Positions 18,983 to 29,181 of a stretch of DNA of 56,190 nt are shown here, one piece after another (within the stretch, counting starts at the first letter, position 1; the number at the start of each line of letters is the position of its first letter). The notes beneath the pieces are model-generated. The model did no database searches, was not told the origin of the DNA, and worked only from the letters and a program-made list of their open reading frames with translations. The position numbers and the translations under genes were made by a program. The stretch lies in sequence record SRR31156797_1365; one strand, 5' to 3'.

Positions 18983-19939
18983 CTACTTCTGTAATAAGTG
19001 AATTGCAAATCCACCGAATTCATTCTCTAAATAAACAGCTATCTTTCTACCATTTTTAGTTTTAAGTGATGATTCGTCTACATTGTATCCACGCTGTTCC
19101 AAATAATAAACTGCTCTATCAATACTGTTCGTACGAATTGCAATATGCCCATTTTCACCCTTAAACTGAGTATTCATTACTTCAAACATGCTTCCTGCAA
19201 AGTTTGAACTATTACCCTCTTTTAGGCCAATAGCAAACACATCTGACAGTTCATTAGCAAGCTTCAAAGATACATCTTTATTATCAGTATTCAATCCTAC
19301 ATGAGCTAATTCAAATCCTAATAACACATCTATAGATTTTTTAATAGTATCAGTAATATTAGCATAATTCCCAGCTGCCATATCCTTTGTAGAACACAGC
19401 CAGCCGCCACCGATTGCATGTATAAAGTCTTTGTCTGCATATTCAGATAGGTTGGTCAGATTAACTCCACCTGTAGGTACGAACTTCACCATACGATAAG
19501 GACCATGAAGTGCTTTACATGCCTTCATTCCTCCATAGATACTAGCTGGGAAAAACTTGAGAATATTTATTCCAAAGCCTAGTGCATGCTCTATCTCTGT
19601 TGGTGTTACGCAGCCTGGAGTTACTAAAACATTATTGTCTATGCAATACTTAACCACATCATCATTAAATCCTGGACTTACAATGAATTCACATCCTGCA
19701 TCTACAGCCATTTTTGCCTGCTCTACAGACAACACTGTACCAGCCCCCAGAATTATCTCCGGATAATTTGCTTTGATTAATTTCATAGATTCAATTGCTG
19801 CATCAGTTCTTAAGGTTACTTCCATTACAGGCAGTCCCCCATCAATCATTGCTTTTGCTGTTGGCAAAGCATATTCCACTTTGTCAAAAACAACAACTGG
19901 AACCAAACCAATATTGCCTAATTTTTCACTTAAACTCAT
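18983..19939 (-). CDS. eda: KDPG/KHG aldolase with a C-terminal extra domain
   Basis: EVTLRT, GAGTV, FIVSPG, KFFPA and PTGGV motifs; about 105-aa extension starting GFELAHVGLN. Confidence 0.9.
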   Translation of the reverse strand: MSLSEKLGNIGLVPVVVFDKVEYALPTAKAMIDGGLPVMEVTLRTDAAIESMKLIKANYPEIILGAGTVLSVEQAKMAVDAGCEFIVSPGFNDDVVKYCIDNNVLVTPGCVTPTEIEHALGFGINILKFFPASIYGGMKACKALHGPYRMVKFVPTGGVNLTNLSEYADKDFIHAIGGGWLCSTKDMAAGNYANITDTIKKSIDVLLGFELAHVGLNTDNKDVSLKLANELSDVFAIGLKEGNSSNFAGSMFEVMNTQFKGENGHIAIRTNSIDRAVYYLEQRGYNVDESSLKTKNGRKIAVYLENEFGGFAIHLLQK

Positions 19940-19954
19940 ATTACTCCTCCATAA

Positions 19955-20019
19955 TGCTCACTATATGACCACTTGTGCCTTTATATGAACATTATACTCC
20001 TGCAATAATAATTAGTCAA
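19955..20019 (-). promoter_or_regulatory. eda-kdgK promoter with two tandem candidate IclR/KdgR operators
   Basis: TTGACT-17-TATAAT (20019-19991); downstream sites TGCTCACTATATGACCA (19955-19971) and GTGCCTTTATATGAACA (19975-19991). Confidence 0.6.
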
Positions 20020-20030
20020 TATTAAACACA

Positions 20031-20054
20031 AAAAAACAAGGCTTAAATGCCTTG
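20031..20054 (-). terminator. Intrinsic terminator after the IclR gene
   Basis: CAAGGC-N6-GCCTTG followed by a T run on the minus strand. Confidence 0.6.
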
Positions 20055-20087
20055 CCAATTTGCTGATTTGCAAATTTTATTTTTACG

Positions 20088-20843
20088 TTATTTTGTGTAT
20101 CCTATTCGTTTAGAAATCTCATACGCCGTATTTTTCACGCTCTCAATAACAGGACTTCCCTCATCCAGAAAGCTCTTATTATTACCAGATGTTGAAATGG
20201 CAGCAACTATTTGCTTTCTATAATCATATATCGGTGCACCTATACAGAATATATTGTCTTCGTTTTCTTCATCATCAACTGCATAGCCTAGCTTCCTAGC
20301 TTTTTGCACTTGAGAAATGATCTTATCAATTTCAGTAACACTCTTTGAAGTTAACTTTTTAATTTTAGTTGATTTAAGTATTCTCTCAATTTCATTATCA
20401 GAGAACTGACTAAGCAATACTTTTCCCATTGAGCTTGAATAAACCGGCATTCTTTTACCTATTGATGAATACATACTGATTGTATTAATAGGCTGAATCT
20501 TCTCAATATATACAACCTCTCCATCGGCATAAGTACCCATGTGACACACCTGATTAGTGATTTTTGACAATTCCCGCAGAAACGGTACAGCCTCAGTCTT
20601 TAGTTCAACATGGTTGAGCCTGATACTGCTAAGTTCAACTATCTTTAAGCCTAGTTTATATTTATTTGTATTTGTATCTTTTTCGATATATCCATTATTC
20701 ATCAAAGTGAACACCAGACGACGTACATTGCTCCTGTTGAATCCAGTTATTTCCTCTAGTTCTTTCTGGCTCTTGGGTTCAGTTGAAACAATCTCTAATA
20801 TCATCAAAGCTCTCTCAACTGTCTGCAATGTCATACTCTCCAT
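20088..20843 (-). CDS. IclR family regulator, KdgR-like
   Basis: QTVERALMILE HTH, SSMGKVLL, GYAVDDEE, APIYD motifs; adjacent to eda-kdgK. Confidence 0.92.
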   Translation of the reverse strand: MESMTLQTVERALMILEIVSTEPKSQKELEEITGFNRSNVRRLVFTLMNNGYIEKDTNTNKYKLGLKIVELSSIRLNHVELKTEAVPFLRELSKITNQVCHMGTYADGEVVYIEKIQPINTISMYSSIGKRMPVYSSSMGKVLLSQFSDNEIERILKSTKIKKLTSKSVTEIDKIISQVQKARKLGYAVDDEENEDNIFCIGAPIYDYRKQIVAAISTSGNNKSFLDEGSPVIESVKNTAYEISKRIGYTK

Positions 20844-20938
20844 AGTTCACTCCTAAATTTATTGTTATATATGAGTATAAATTGTTTGGTATTATTATTC
20901 AAGGCAAATGTTTTGATATAAAAACTCATAAACTTCTG

Positions 20939-21892
20939 TTATTCTTCTTTTGAACCATCAATATAATCCTTAATAATGTATTGAGGAGCAGCATTAATGC
21001 TAAGATATATGCGTCCGACATACTCGCCTACTAACCCTAATCCCAGCAAAATAAGAGAAGAAAATATAATTATTGCTATCATTGTTGATGTCCAGCCTAC
21101 TGCAACATGAGGGTTTAATAACTTTTTAATAACTAAAAAGACTGCTAAGCACACCCCTATTATAAATGTTGTGAATCCAATACCAGTACATAGCCTTAAT
21201 GGCTTGATAGTAAAACCGGTAAAACCGTTAATCCAAAGCTTAAGCAGCTTTTTTGCATTGTAATTTGATTCACCCTTTCCCCTGCTATTATGAGAAACTT
21301 CAACATTTGACACACTATTTGTTATACGAAATATCAGCCCTGCCATATATGGGTAAGGATTCTTATATTTAAGAAGTTCATCCTTTACAAAATCTTTCAT
21401 AACATAAAAACTATTAATCTGTATGTTTTTTGACACGCCAGCTAAAATATGTGACATCTTTTTATTGATAATAGAGCCTAATCTTCGGAATATTGGCTGC
21501 CTATAGTCACTGTATTTTGCATATACCACATCATTATCTGTCTCTGATATTGCCGTAAGCAATTTGGGGATTTCCTCAGGAATTGTCTGCAAATCATCGT
21601 CCATTATCAGAATTAAATTACCTTTTGTTTTGGAAAGCCCAGCCATTATTGCACAGTGCTGACCAAAATTCTTTGATAGATTAATAAGTTTTACTGCATT
21701 GTATTCTTTCAGAATATCTTTGCATACTTTTAAAGAATTATCCACACTACAGTCGTTAACCAACACAATTTCCAGCAATCTGAATTCCTTAGCACCTTCA
21801 AAGGTATTATTGATCCTTTGAACGACTTCTGATATTGTGCTTTCAGAATTATATACTGGTATAACGACTGATACATTCATTTTTTCAATCAT
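20939..21892 (-). CDS. GT2 polyprenyl-phosphate glycosyltransferase (ArnC/GtrB-like)
   Basis: VVIPVYN, VNDCSVD, NFGQHCA, MDDDLQ motifs; two C-terminal TMs; GEYVGRIY. Confidence 0.88.
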   Translation of the reverse strand: MIEKMNVSVVIPVYNSESTISEVVQRINNTFEGAKEFRLLEIVLVNDCSVDNSLKVCKDILKEYNAVKLINLSKNFGQHCAIMAGLSKTKGNLILIMDDDLQTIPEEIPKLLTAISETDNDVVYAKYSDYRQPIFRRLGSIINKKMSHILAGVSKNIQINSFYVMKDFVKDELLKYKNPYPYMAGLIFRITNSVSNVEVSHNSRGKGESNYNAKKLLKLWINGFTGFTIKPLRLCTGIGFTTFIIGVCLAVFLVIKKLLNPHVAVGWTSTMIAIIIFSSLILLGLGLVGEYVGRIYLSINAAPQYIIKDYIDGSKEE

Positions 21893-21923
21893 AGACTTAC
21901 ACCTATCTGCTTAATACGGATTT

Positions 21924-23063
21924 CTAAGACTTCCTATTGTAGAATGCCTTCACTTTTTCGCAAACTAACATTACATCATTTTCTTTCATATTATAGTACA
22001 ATGGAAGTCGAAGCAGCCTTTCGCTCTCTTTTGTTGTATATCTATCTTCCCCACAAAATCTCGTATTCTCTCTGCCATATGGCGAACTGTGAAGCGGAAT
22101 ATAATGAAATACAGCTTGTATTGATTGTTCCCTAAGATAGTCAATTAATTGGCTTCTTTCATCAAAATCATTACACTTAATATAAAATGTATGTGCGTTA
22201 TGTTTAGCATAGCTTGGAACAAACGGCAATTGTATTACACCACCATCTGCTAAATCCGTCAATATACTGTTGTACAAATTCCATGTTTCTAATCTGTTAT
22301 TATTAATAATATCTGCAGATAGAAGCTGAGGATACAGATATGCCGCATTTATTTCACTAGGCTGATATGAACTACCTAAATCCATCCAAGTATATTTGTC
22401 TGCCATCCCTTTGGTAAATAATGATTTATTGGTGCCTTCTTCTCTGATAATTTCTGCTTTGCTTTCATACTCAGTAGTATTGATTATTATAGCTCCGCCC
22501 TCTCCCATAGAATAGTTCTTAGTCTCATGGAAGCTAAAGCATCCAAAATCACCAATAGTGCCAAGGCATTTATCTCTATATGTTGCCATAACTCCCTGAG
22601 CTGCATCTTCAATTACAAATAGATTATGTTTTTTTGCAATTTGGAGTATGCTGTCCATCTCACATGCCACACCACCGTAGTGTACTACTACAATAGCTTT
22701 AGTCCTATCTGTAACCGCCTCTTCTATTAATGTTTCATCTATATTCATAGTTAAGGGATTGATATCTACAAATACAATTTTAGCTTTACGCAGAGCAAAA
22801 GCATTGGCTGATGAAACATAGGTGTACGATGGCATAATAACTTCATCGCCCTCACTTATATCAGATAGTACTGCTGTCATTTCCAATGCATGAGTGCATG
22901 ATGTTGTTAGCATTGCCTTTTTTGCATTTAAATTATTTTCAAGCCATAAATTGCACTCTTTTGTATAGTATCCATCACCAGAAATCTTCTGTCGTACTTT
23001 TATTGTATCCTTTATATAATCTTCTTCAGTTCCAATATATATTGGAACGTTGAATTCTATCAT
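21924..23063 (-). CDS. wecE: dTDP-4-amino-4,6-dideoxygalactose transaminase (DegT family)
   Basis: TTSCTHALEM, EDAAQG, SFHETKNYSMGEGG and FHYIPLHSSP motifs characteristic of WecE/RffA. Confidence 0.88.
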   Translation of the reverse strand: MIEFNVPIYIGTEEDYIKDTIKVRQKISGDGYYTKECNLWLENNLNAKKAMLTTSCTHALEMTAVLSDISEGDEVIMPSYTYVSSANAFALRKAKIVFVDINPLTMNIDETLIEEAVTDRTKAIVVVHYGGVACEMDSILQIAKKHNLFVIEDAAQGVMATYRDKCLGTIGDFGCFSFHETKNYSMGEGGAIIINTTEYESKAEIIREEGTNKSLFTKGMADKYTWMDLGSSYQPSEINAAYLYPQLLSADIINNNRLETWNLYNSILTDLADGGVIQLPFVPSYAKHNAHTFYIKCNDFDERSQLIDYLREQSIQAVFHYIPLHSSPYGRENTRFCGEDRYTTKESERLLRLPLYYNMKENDVMLVCEKVKAFYNRKS

Positions 23064-23192
23064 TCCTATCTCCTTGGCTAGTACTCTATAACAATAGCTA
23101 GAGTTTTGTATTTTTTATTCACTGTGCTCTTTATTTTAATATACTTACAAACAATTATCAAATCCAATAAACAATTCTATAAATGTTATAAC

Positions 23193-23227
23193 AAAAAAGC
23201 TGCATCAAGAACATCTCAATGCAGCTT
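23193..23227 (-). terminator. Intrinsic terminator after the aldehyde dehydrogenase
   Basis: AAGCTGCAT...ATGCAGCTT stem followed by a T run on the minus strand. Confidence 0.7.
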
Positions 23228-23247
23228 ACTCAACCACTATAGCATGA

Positions 23248-24624
23248 TTATTTTAAAATCTTCTTAATCATATCTAATTTACCATCATAAGGTGCATAAC
23301 GTATTTTAACATCAAATAGGAAATTCTGCTTCAAAACGCTCTTAGTATGAGAGAATGTATCAAAACCTCTGTCAGCATGATATCTACCCATTCCGCTCTC
23401 GCCTACACCGCCAAATGGTAGATTCTCATTACCCAGATGCATAATAACATCATTGATGCATCCACCGCCATAATGGACTTCTTCAACTATTTTCTTCTGG
23501 AAAGCCTTGTCTCTAGTAAATACATACAAAGCAAGAGGTCTGGCGTATTTTCTAATTATCTCTATAGCTTCATTCATATCATCTACTGGGATAATAGGCA
23601 TAATAGGACCAAATATTTCTCTCTGCATTACAGGAGAATCAAGAGCAGGGTTATCCAGTAAAGTAAGCTCTATTTTTTGCTTTTCTTTATCGTATCCACC
23701 GCCCTCCAGCACTGTCTGATTATCCAGTAACGGAGTCAAACCATCAAATGCCTGAGGTCTGATTATTTTCCCGAAATATTCTGACGAAATCATATCCTCA
23801 CCGAAGTATCTTTTCTTCGCTTTTATCATTTCAGCAACTAATTCATCCTTAACATCTTTATGAACCAGAACATAGTCAGGTGCAACACAAGTCTGACCTG
23901 AATTTACAGTTTTGCCCCACACTATTCTTGAGGCGGATTTTGCTATATCTGCATCTTTATTCACTATGCATGGACTTTTGCCGCCTAATTCCAAAGTAAC
24001 AGGTGTTAAATGCTTTGATGCAGCTTCCATAACGATTTTGCCTACCTTAACACTTCCAGTAAAGAATATATGATGGAATTTTTCTTCTAAGAGCATTTGA
24101 TTAATTTCTCTATTTCCCTGAAATACCGTAATATACTTCTCTTCAAATGCTTCCTTCACTATTTTTTCAACTAACGCTGAAACATTCTTTGAATATGATG
24201 ATGGTTTTACTACCATGCAGTTTCCTGCTGCAATTGCTGCAACCATTGGTGCCAAAGATAAGTAAAATGGATAATTCCATGGTGACATTATTAGCACAAC
24301 ACCCAGAGGCTGCTTATAAATCTTTGATGTAGCGCCAAAGCAGGTCACAGGTGTATTCACTCTCTTAGGCTTCATCCATTTTTTTAGGTGCTTTACAGAA
24401 TAATCAATGGATTCCAAAACTGCAGAAAGCTCTGTAATGTATGCTTCATATTCATGTTTGCCCAAATCCATTTTCAGGGCATCAAGTATTTCTCCTTCAT
24501 GCTTTTTGAGAATTGTTCTAAGCTTTTTTAGTTGATTTATCCTGAATTCGTAGCTTAGTGTCTCTCCCTTCAAAAAATAATCCTTTTGTACTTTTACAGC
24601 ATTTGTTATTTGTTCATTTAGCAT
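23248..24624 (-). CDS. NAD(P)-dependent aldehyde dehydrogenase (ALDH3/YwdH-like)
   Basis: PWNYP, FTGS, LELGGKSP, GQTCVAPDY, EIFGP and PFGGVGESG motifs. Confidence 0.93.
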   Translation of the reverse strand: MLNEQITNAVKVQKDYFLKGETLSYEFRINQLKKLRTILKKHEGEILDALKMDLGKHEYEAYITELSAVLESIDYSVKHLKKWMKPKRVNTPVTCFGATSKIYKQPLGVVLIMSPWNYPFYLSLAPMVAAIAAGNCMVVKPSSYSKNVSALVEKIVKEAFEEKYITVFQGNREINQMLLEEKFHHIFFTGSVKVGKIVMEAASKHLTPVTLELGGKSPCIVNKDADIAKSASRIVWGKTVNSGQTCVAPDYVLVHKDVKDELVAEMIKAKKRYFGEDMISSEYFGKIIRPQAFDGLTPLLDNQTVLEGGGYDKEKQKIELTLLDNPALDSPVMQREIFGPIMPIIPVDDMNEAIEIIRKYARPLALYVFTRDKAFQKKIVEEVHYGGGCINDVIMHLGNENLPFGGVGESGMGRYHADRGFDTFSHTKSVLKQNFLFDVKIRYAPYDGKLDMIKKILK

Positions 24625-24884
24625 TTTATTATCTCACTTTATTGTTTATTTAGATTGCTCTCTTCAAGAAATCCGTAACATAGATATTTTACCATAAAAT
24701 ACATATCAGTGAACATACCACTATAAAGATTTTTTGATATAATTTAATTATTATAAAGTAATTACATAGATTTCTTTACAATTGCAATGCTTTGCTATGA
24801 TTCAATAAAAATATATTGACATCTATATTCAAAGATGCTACTATGTTTCGAATATTTATAGCCAAAATCAAGAGAGAGTGTATT

Positions 24885-26159
24885 ATGAAATTTAAATTGG
24901 GTTTATTTGAACAGTATAGAGGATTATCAAAATCTGCATACGTATTATTTATTGGTAGAATGATAACGAATATGGGTGCATTTATATGGCCTCTTCTAAC
25001 ACTCATACTAAGTGAAAAAATCGGTTACAGTGCAACGAGAATTGCTTTGCTTTCAATTGGTATTATGATATTAATGATATTTGCAAATATTCTGGGTGGT
25101 GTATTAGCTGATAAATTTAACAAAAAGAGAATTATCATAACATTTGATATCATTAGTGTAACATGCTTTATATTGTGTTCTTTGATAGAACCAGGAACAC
25201 TAATGATAGTACTCTTTGTTATTGCAGGTGTTTTTGCCGGCATGGAAGGTCCTGCATATGAAGCACTAGTAGCTCAATCATCTAAGCCTAATGAGAGAGA
25301 AAAGGTATATTCACTGACTTATCTAGGACATAATCTTGGATATATGTTTGGTGCCTCAATAGGTGGATTTCTATTTAATGACTATCTGAATATTGCATTC
25401 ATTTTAGATGGTGTTACTACATTAATATCAACTATACTTATTGTAATGTTTGTTAAGGTAATTAATGCCTCAACACTTAAGGAAGAAGAGAAAAACGAAT
25501 ACGAAGACAGTCATGAGCACGATAAATCCCCCTTCAAAATTCTTTGGGAAAGAAAGTCTATATTATTGCAGATGATTGGCTTTATGCTTAGTGGTATGGT
25601 TTATGACCAATGGAGCTTCATACTTCCTCTATATATGGCAGATATTTTCAGCGATGGAACAGGTGCTGCCAAATTTGGTCTGATTGGATCGTTTAATGCA
25701 TTAATAGTTATTGTATTTACAGCTATTATGACCAAAGTACTGGCAAAGACAAGTGAAATTCCAAAAATAATTCTGGGTGTTTTACTGTATTCATTTAGTT
25801 ATGTTATAATCATGAACTACCCGCCATTTTATGTATTCTTTATAATGATGTTCCTATTCACCTTAGGGGAAATCATCAGTATGCTGGGCTCGTCACCATT
25901 TATGAGCAGACGTGTTCCGGATTCTCATCGTGGCAGAATAAACAGCTTTAGAAGTATTATGTATATGATGGGCGGAATTATCGGCAGGACTACAGTTGGA
26001 TATCTTATTGAGCATATCTCATACAATGCTGCATTTATTGTACTGGCATGTATAGGTGCTGCAGCTGTAACGCTAGCATCATTTAACTATAGACTGGATA
26101 AGAAGCTGTTCCCAAAGCTGTATAATAGAAATTCAGTTGATGCTTTGAAATCTAAATAG
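24885..26159 (+). CDS. MFS transporter
   Basis: About 12 TMs, motif A GGVLADKFNKK; start set at ATG 24885. Confidence 0.88.
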   Translation: MKFKLGLFEQYRGLSKSAYVLFIGRMITNMGAFIWPLLTLILSEKIGYSATRIALLSIGIMILMIFANILGGVLADKFNKKRIIITFDIISVTCFILCSLIEPGTLMIVLFVIAGVFAGMEGPAYEALVAQSSKPNEREKVYSLTYLGHNLGYMFGASIGGFLFNDYLNIAFILDGVTTLISTILIVMFVKVINASTLKEEEKNEYEDSHEHDKSPFKILWERKSILLQMIGFMLSGMVYDQWSFILPLYMADIFSDGTGAAKFGLIGSFNALIVIVFTAIMTKVLAKTSEIPKIILGVLLYSFSYVIIMNYPPFYVFFIMMFLFTLGEIISMLGSSPFMSRRVPDSHRGRINSFRSIMYMMGGIIGRTTVGYLIEHISYNAAFIVLACIGAAAVTLASFNYRLDKKLFPKLYNRNSVDALKSK

Positions 26160-26180
26160 ATTCATCAGCTAAATACAAAC

Positions 26181-26223
26181 AAAAAAGCACTGCTTATATG
26201 GTTCGTCACCAAAAGCAGTGCTT
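26181..26223. terminator. Terminator between the convergent MFS genes
   Basis: AAGCACTGCTT...AAGCAGTGCTT stem with an A run on the left. Confidence 0.7.
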
Positions 26224-26266
26224 CCATTTTATCATTTTATATACAATTAGGTTTGTATGGTATAAG

Positions 26267-27532
26267 TTAATCCTCTAGATCAAATGCTTCTAGTTTACTT
26301 TTCAATTTTTCAGGTTTTAAATCACCATGCTTTACGTAGAGCAATGTCAATGCAGATAGTGCTACAAAAGCAGCTCCATATGGAAATAGTGTCCAGTAGC
26401 CTACATATTCCAGCAATAGTCCAGATACAATTGGGGTTATAATCTGCGAAGCCATGCTGGCTGTATAATAATAGCCAGTATATTTACCTATGTCGCTGCC
26501 CTTGCTTAGGGAAACAACCATTGGATATGAATTAACATTAATTGCTGCCCAGCCGATACCCGCCAGACCAAAAAGTGCGAGGATTATTGGGTGGAACTGC
26601 ATAAAGAGACTTGCTCCGCCAAATGCTGTTGCAAGCAATGCTATACCAATGAAGATTGTTTTCTTTCTTCCAATTTTTGTAGCAATCACACCAATGGGTA
26701 AAAAAGCAAGTAATGCTGTAGCTGATGCTACAAGCAATGCATAAGCGTATAATCCCCCCTCAAGTTTCCATTGAATAATTGCATATTTTGAATAAGCGCT
26801 GATTATAGCGTTATATCCGAAAAACCACAAGAAGATAGATGCCATCATAAACAAAAGGCTCTTTTGCTTTGCTTTTGACAGCTTTTGATATTCACTTTCT
26901 TCATCCTCTTGTGTTGGTGATATTGCTTCTTTCTCTTTTCGAAAATCATTCTCTTTAACCCAAAGCATCATTATTGCTATACCTATCACCATAGTCACAG
27001 CTACAGCCAAAAACAATGGCATATAGCTTCCATCTTCTTTTGGGGAAAGAAGTGCTATATAAATAAGTGCGAATATTCCACCGAAAGTTCCCATCAGATT
27101 GATAATCGCATTACCTTTAGACAGGAGTGGCTTAGGTGTTACATCAGGCATCAGAGCAACAGTTGGTGAGCGGTATGTACTCATAGCAATAAGTAAAATG
27201 CCTAAAACTATAATAAATGGTATCAAAGTAGTCTCGGTGTTGAATATTACCAATAAAATCATTGATATTACAGATAATGCTGTGCCTAATACAATATATG
27301 GCATCCTTTTGCCCATTCTTGTTTTGGTTTTGTCTGACAGCATTCCAAATATTGGTAACATAAATACAGCCAGCATATTGTCTGCTCCCATGATTACACC
27401 AGCCAAGCCTTCATTTAGGTCAAATGTCTGCTTCAATATTAATGGTATTATACTATTATATAATTGCCAGAATACACAGATAGTAAAAAATCCCAGCCCT
27501 ACAAGTACGGTTCTTTTCGCATTAATTCTCAT
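26267..27532 (-). CDS. MFS transporter, maltose/sucrose (SLC45/GPH-like) type
   Basis: GMLSDKTKTRMGKRMPY, RSPTVALMPDVTP and AAINVNSYPMV motifs; start moved to ATG 27532 after GGAG. Confidence 0.85.
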   Translation of the reverse strand: MRINAKRTVLVGLGFFTICVFWQLYNSIIPLILKQTFDLNEGLAGVIMGADNMLAVFMLPIFGMLSDKTKTRMGKRMPYIVLGTALSVISMILLVIFNTETTLIPFIIVLGILLIAMSTYRSPTVALMPDVTPKPLLSKGNAIINLMGTFGGIFALIYIALLSPKEDGSYMPLFLAVAVTMVIGIAIMMLWVKENDFRKEKEAISPTQEDEESEYQKLSKAKQKSLLFMMASIFLWFFGYNAIISAYSKYAIIQWKLEGGLYAYALLVASATALLAFLPIGVIATKIGRKKTIFIGIALLATAFGGASLFMQFHPIILALFGLAGIGWAAINVNSYPMVVSLSKGSDIGKYTGYYYTASMASQIITPIVSGLLLEYVGYWTLFPYGAAFVALSALTLLYVKHGDLKPEKLKSKLEAFDLED

Positions 27533-27788
27533 AATTATCTCCAATTTATATATACAGATATTAATTATACCACCTAACATAATGAAAAATATAATATTTA
27601 AGTTAAAAAGCTTCACAAATTTACAATCTTTTCTTATATGTTAAATTTTTTTAACCTTTTACGAAATGCGAAAAAGCAAAAAGTGTGTTATAATTATACA
27701 TACATAAGCATATTATATACAATTTACGCTACCAAATATATTTAATAACTAATTATACAATACACATACGACAAAAAAAGGAGAATAC

Positions 27789-29135
27789 ATGAATACACAT
27801 TTATTTGAGCAAATGAAAAAAAGCATTGAGAAAAATTCAGTGATATCACGCGAATTATATGATATGTATAACGTAAAGAGAGGATTACGTAATGATAACG
27901 GTACTGGCGTATTAGTAGGATTGACCAGAATCGGCGATGCTCACGGATACGTTCTAGATGAAGGAGAAAACATACCAGTAGAAGGCAGATTACGCTACAG
28001 GGGGCTAAGCGTTAAGGATATAGTTACTGGCTATGAAGGCAGCAGCAGATATGGGTTCGAAGAAGTGTGCTACTTCTTACTTTTTGGTGAACTGCCAAAC
28101 AAAGATAACTACAATTCATTCTGCAAGGAACTTGCTGCAAACAGAGATCTGCCAAAAGGCTTTGTGGAAGAAATGATACTAAAATTCCCTAGCAGAGATA
28201 TAATGAATAAAATTGCACGCAGTGTATTAGTACTATATTCATTTGATGATAACCCAGATGATACATCAATTGAAAATGTAATCATTCAGTCAATCAGATT
28301 AATTGCACAATTACCTATGCTTGCAGCATATGGTTATATTGCTCACAATCACTATCACAACAGAGGTAAGCTATACATAAACAGACCAAATCCAAATCTT
28401 TCATGCGCGGAGAATTTCCTTCACGTGTTAAGAAGAGACAGCAAATACACCAAATTGGAAGCAGAAATACTGGATTTGTGTATGGTTCTTCATGCTGAGC
28501 ACGGTGGCGGTAATAACTCATCATTCACCACTCATGTTGTTTCCTCCAGCGGAACAGACACATACTCTTCAGTGGCAGCATCAATCGGTTCACTAAAGGG
28601 ACCAAAGCATGGCGGAGCAAACATTAAAGTCATGGATATGATGGAGGACTTAATGAAAAACATTGAGGACTTTACATCAGATGAACAAATTGAGAAGTAC
28701 CTAACTGATGTAGTTGAGAAAAAGGCAAATGATAAAAGCGGGCTTATCTATGGGTTCGGTCACGCAGTATATACATTAAGCGATCCAAGAGCTGTAATAC
28801 TAAAGTCAAAGGCGAAGCTATTAGCAGAGGAAAGCGGTAATATGGATATCTTTAACTTGTATGGCAAGGTAGAGAAATTAGTTCCAGAAATATTTAGAAA
28901 AGTAAAAGGAAGCGAAAAAACCATATGTGCAAACGTTGACTTCTATTCAGGTTCAGTCTACAAAATGCTTCGCATACCAAAAGATTTGTACACACCAATT
29001 TTCGCAATGAGCAGAATTGCCGGCTGGAGTGCTCATAGAATAGAAGAACTGGTATTTAATCCAAGAATCATGCGTCCAGCATACAAGAATGTCTGCCAAG
29101 TAACAAAATATGTAAATATGGAAGATAGGGACTAG
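27789..29135 (+). CDS. gltA: Citrate synthase (Si-type, clostridial form)
   Basis: LHAEHGGGNNS, GPKHGGAN, GFGHAVY..DPRA and ANVDFYSG motifs. Confidence 0.92.
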   Translation: MNTHLFEQMKKSIEKNSVISRELYDMYNVKRGLRNDNGTGVLVGLTRIGDAHGYVLDEGENIPVEGRLRYRGLSVKDIVTGYEGSSRYGFEEVCYFLLFGELPNKDNYNSFCKELAANRDLPKGFVEEMILKFPSRDIMNKIARSVLVLYSFDDNPDDTSIENVIIQSIRLIAQLPMLAAYGYIAHNHYHNRGKLYINRPNPNLSCAENFLHVLRRDSKYTKLEAEILDLCMVLHAEHGGGNNSSFTTHVVSSSGTDTYSSVAASIGSLKGPKHGGANIKVMDMMEDLMKNIEDFTSDEQIEKYLTDVVEKKANDKSGLIYGFGHAVYTLSDPRAVILKSKAKLLAEESGNMDIFNLYGKVEKLVPEIFRKVKGSEKTICANVDFYSGSVYKMLRIPKDLYTPIFAMSRIAGWSAHRIEELVFNPRIMRPAYKNVCQVTKYVNMEDRD

Positions 29136-29153
29136 TAGTATCCTATATAGGTG

Positions 29154-29181
29154 AAAAAGCGGCTTATTAAGCCGCTTTTTT
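29154..29181. terminator. Bidirectional terminator between gltA and trpA
   Basis: AAAAAGCGGCTT-att-AAGCCGCTTTTT. Confidence 0.85.

Noticed and set aside
27099..27644. 181-aa plus-strand ORF
   Set aside because: Antisense to the MFS transporter; no RBS or motifs
27601..27660. Rex-like sites upstream of gltA (GTTAA..TTCACAA, TGTTAA..TTAAC)
   Set aside because: Half-site spacing is 5-6 bp rather than 4, and the region is very AT-rich
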